Source: Selenomonas sp. AE3005
Lineage (GTDB): Bacteria > Bacillota > Negativicutes > Selenomonadales > Selenomonadaceae
DNA: 64,000 nt
Reading direction: 5' to 3'
Assembly: GCF_905233635.1 (NCBI RefSeq)
Contig: NZ_CAJODG010000036.1
Location: 875-64,874, forward strand
Shown piece by piece: positions 62,721 through 64,000 of this stretch. The translations under genes were made by a program, and so were the position numbers. Each line of letters begins with the position of its first letter. Positions within the stretch are counted from its first letter, which is position 1. The notes below the pieces were generated by a model. That model did not search any database and had not been told where the DNA came from. It worked only from the letters and a program-made list of their open reading frames with translations.

Positions 62721-62960
62721 AAAAATTTACCTCCCTGCTAAGCCTTCCTTTTCCCAATGGTAACAATTGTAGTGTTAAAACACAAAATTCCAAACACTTT
62801 GCCGTACCAAAACAACGTTGCGTTGCCTGAAATGTCCCCATATTGCTCACAGATATAGCACATACAGACTTATTCTACATTTCACAGCCATTTTCCTGTA
62901 AAAAAAACCAGTCAGGCTCACCTGACTGGCTTTAATCATATATTCATGGTCTGCCGACCA

Positions 62961-63176
62961 TTACGCTTCCTTCAATTTGTGGCGAATCTTCTCCTGATTA
63001 AGTTTACAAAGTGTACCTGCTTTCCCCAGCACATACAACCCGTTCTTAAGTTTGAGAAGTATCCCCGTGTGGCCGTTATCTGTTTCGATTACCCCCTTCA
63101 TTTCAGAGTCCTCAGGTAAAGGTCTGTCGCCCCAGAACAACGACTTTGACATGTTTCGCAACTTGCTGATCCTCAT
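62961..63176 (-). CDS. Small basic hypothetical protein
   Basis: RBS AGGAGG; followed by hairpin CCAGTCAGG/CCTGACTGG. Confidence 0.65.
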   Translation of the reverse strand: MRISKLRNMSKSLFWGDRPLPEDSEMKGVIETDNGHTGILLKLKNGLYVLGKAGTLCKLNQEKIRHKLKEA

Positions 63177-63308
63177 ACTGTATTCCTCCTGTTATAAAGT
63201 TGTCCACAGGGTGCGAAGAATATCGCCCCTGCCAAATCATGTTCAGTCTACTCTCCTTAACTGAAAATTGACTGAAGATTTCATTAAAAACTGCTGAGGA
63301 TTTGACCG

Positions 63309-64000
63309 TCAGCGATGTAAAGCAGCTGTTGCCCATCCCTTTTCAAGCCCCATACGTTTAGCAACGTCAAGATATGCTGCCAATTTAGATTTATTGTCTA
63401 AAACACTGTTAAGCGCCGCTGTCATATACTCTTTAGGATAATGCGCCTTTAGGTATGCTGATTGCCAAATCAACACCGCATCAGCAATACTAGAAATTCG
63501 CAAACTCAAAAGAACGTCTTTACGGATAAGATCAGCAAAAGTTTTAGGTGCCAGTTCCTTTATTACACTAATCCTGGCTGGATAGTCCAGACAGAACAAT
63601 GCCCCTGTTTGTCCTTCGCATAGCAGCTTTGCCGTCAGTTCATCAGCTGACGGGATATTGTTGATATCCAGCTTTACGCCACAATTATATTCTATATTCT
63701 CCAAAGTATCGTTGATTACAGTCAATGTACGTAACGGCGTCAAGCTAATCATAAGCATTCCCATCTCTTCCAAATATTTCATTGGAAATTCTGCCACTAA
63801 ACTACCTTCTGATTCAGATATCGGGAAGTAATTCATCAGCGAACCAGGAGCAACAACCACCATTGCAGCATGCGTAGAGGCATGCCGTGGCAAACCTTCC
63901 AGCCCACGAGCCAAGTCAATCCATTGCCTGATTACTTCCGACAACTCATAATACCGGCGAAAATCCACACACGTTTTTAACGCTTCATCCAAAGTTATCC
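63309..64000 (-). CDS. Degenerate DNA polymerase III alpha (DnaE)-like protein, 5' end outside the window
   Basis: LEGLPRHASTHAA, LRTLTVI, AYLKAHYP.EYM.A.L. Catalytic-motif substitution and a large internal gap; frame open to the window edge. Confidence 0.75.
   Translation of the reverse strand, partial: ITLDEALKTCVDFRRYYELSEVIRQWIDLARGLEGLPRHASTHAAMVVVAPGSLMNYFPISESEGSLVAEFPMKYLEEMGMLMISLTPLRTLTVINDTLENIEYNCGVKLDINNIPSADELTAKLLCEGQTGALFCLDYPARISVIKELAPKTFADLIRKDVLLSLRISSIADAVLIWQSAYLKAHYPKEYMTAALNSVLDNKSKLAAYLDVAKRMGLEKGWATAALHR

Overview
Bacterial chromosomal window, most likely from a low-GC Firmicute of Negativicutes/Selenomonas type (inferred from gene content and protein style, not proven). 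1-9.9 kb: 5' part of a surface-polysaccharide locus on the minus strand. A small serine recombinase gene is followed by a terminator, then a ~177-bp promoter segment bounded by perfect 19-bp inverted repeats (apparent ON/OFF switch, here ON). After it come a small RHH protein, a PglF-like dehydratase, a frameshifted DegT aminotransferase and an AT-rich cassette: opine dehydrogenase, fused B12-binding/glutamate-mutase-like protein, initiating sugar transferase, ATP-grasp ligase, glycosyltransferase. 10-22.6 kb: housekeeping (aminotransferase, ahbAB, engB-lon-clpX-clpP-tig, amidase/GerMN, ComEC-like). 22.8-25.2 kb: decayed island at tRNA-Leu with an integrase stump, a PD-(D/E)XK Rpn gene with an internal start, and a free-standing duplicate of its C-terminus. 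25-57 kb: EAL protein, transporter, udk, ylxM-ffh-rpsP-khpA-rimM-trmD, nadE, split type IV pilus genes, GH84/HGSNAT, hflX. 57-64 kb: MITE, amidase, serine-hydrolase pseudogene, tRNA-Lys, a condensation-fold/cNMP protein with a partner-switching module, and a degenerate DnaE paralog. Best candidates for novelty: the phase-variable B12-mutase/opine/ATP-grasp glycan-decoration pathway, the catalytically dead condensation-cNMP protein with anti-sigma/STAS genes, the Rpn C-terminal cassette duplication, and a recurring sigmaH-like promoter motif. All protein assignments are by-eye motif recognition; no searches were run.
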